A stretch of 64,000 nucleotides of DNA, from positions 10,559,521 to 10,623,520 of the forward strand of contig CP154954.1 in NCBI GenBank assembly GCA_039621445.1, given 5' to 3'. This document shows, piece by piece, positions 63,816-64,000 of this stretch. The notes under the pieces were generated by a model, which was given only the letters and a program-made list of their open reading frames with translations, was not told where the DNA came from and ran no database searches. Both the position numbers and the translations under genes were made by a program. The stretch comes from Euglena gracilis. Its lineage: Eukaryota. Positions within the stretch are counted from its first letter, which is position 1; each line of letters starts with the position of its first letter.

Positions 63816-64000
63816 TGGCAGGTGAGAACTTTAGGACCCCCCCCTCCCGGGGGGGGGTCCTAAAGTTCTCACCACAATGGCCACCCCCATTATTGAGGGA
63901 GCAGGGTTAGGTGCGCACATGCTAATTTGCGCTAATTGGCTATGTTGCGCTACATGGCTATGTTGCGCAAACATAGCCATGTAGCGCAACATAGCCAATT
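63816..64000. mobile_element. Related palindromic element, truncated by the window end
   Basis: Starts TGGCAG after (TA)n; hairpin GGTGAGAACTTTAGGACCCC...GGGGTCCTAAAGTTCTCACC; shares AGGGTTAGGTGCGC with the previous element; perfect 31-bp inverted repeat 63934-63964 / 63970-64000. Confidence 0.7.

Overview
Eukaryotic, repeat-rich genomic DNA, probably from a protist (long G/C homopolymers, microsatellites, short GC-rich exon-like islands in long introns; no operons, rRNA, tRNA or CRISPR seen). Most of the window is one head-to-tail segmental duplication: copy 1 is about 1984-30661 and copy 2 about 30662-58124. Each copy starts with an island of tyrosine-recombinase (DIRS1-type) retrotransposons. 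Two related elements, A and B, retain gag, RT, RNase H, adenine-MTase-like and YR remnants plus full ITR/ICR architecture. They lie about 200 bp apart, apparently nested in the gag region of an older antisense DIRS relic (C). The rest of each copy holds putative minus-strand Pro-rich exons of a host gene whose upstream exons (possibly PH/PTB-like) lie outside the duplication at 58.3-63.3 kb, along with MITEs (TA-TSD and 8-bp-TSD hAT-type) and compound microsatellites. The copies differ by at least three micro-inversions, a fold-back at a (TA)n tract, several indels with microhomology or filler, and alternating diverged and near-identical blocks. All TE ORFs are broken by stops or frameshifts. 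All calls come from reading motifs by eye; no database searches were run.
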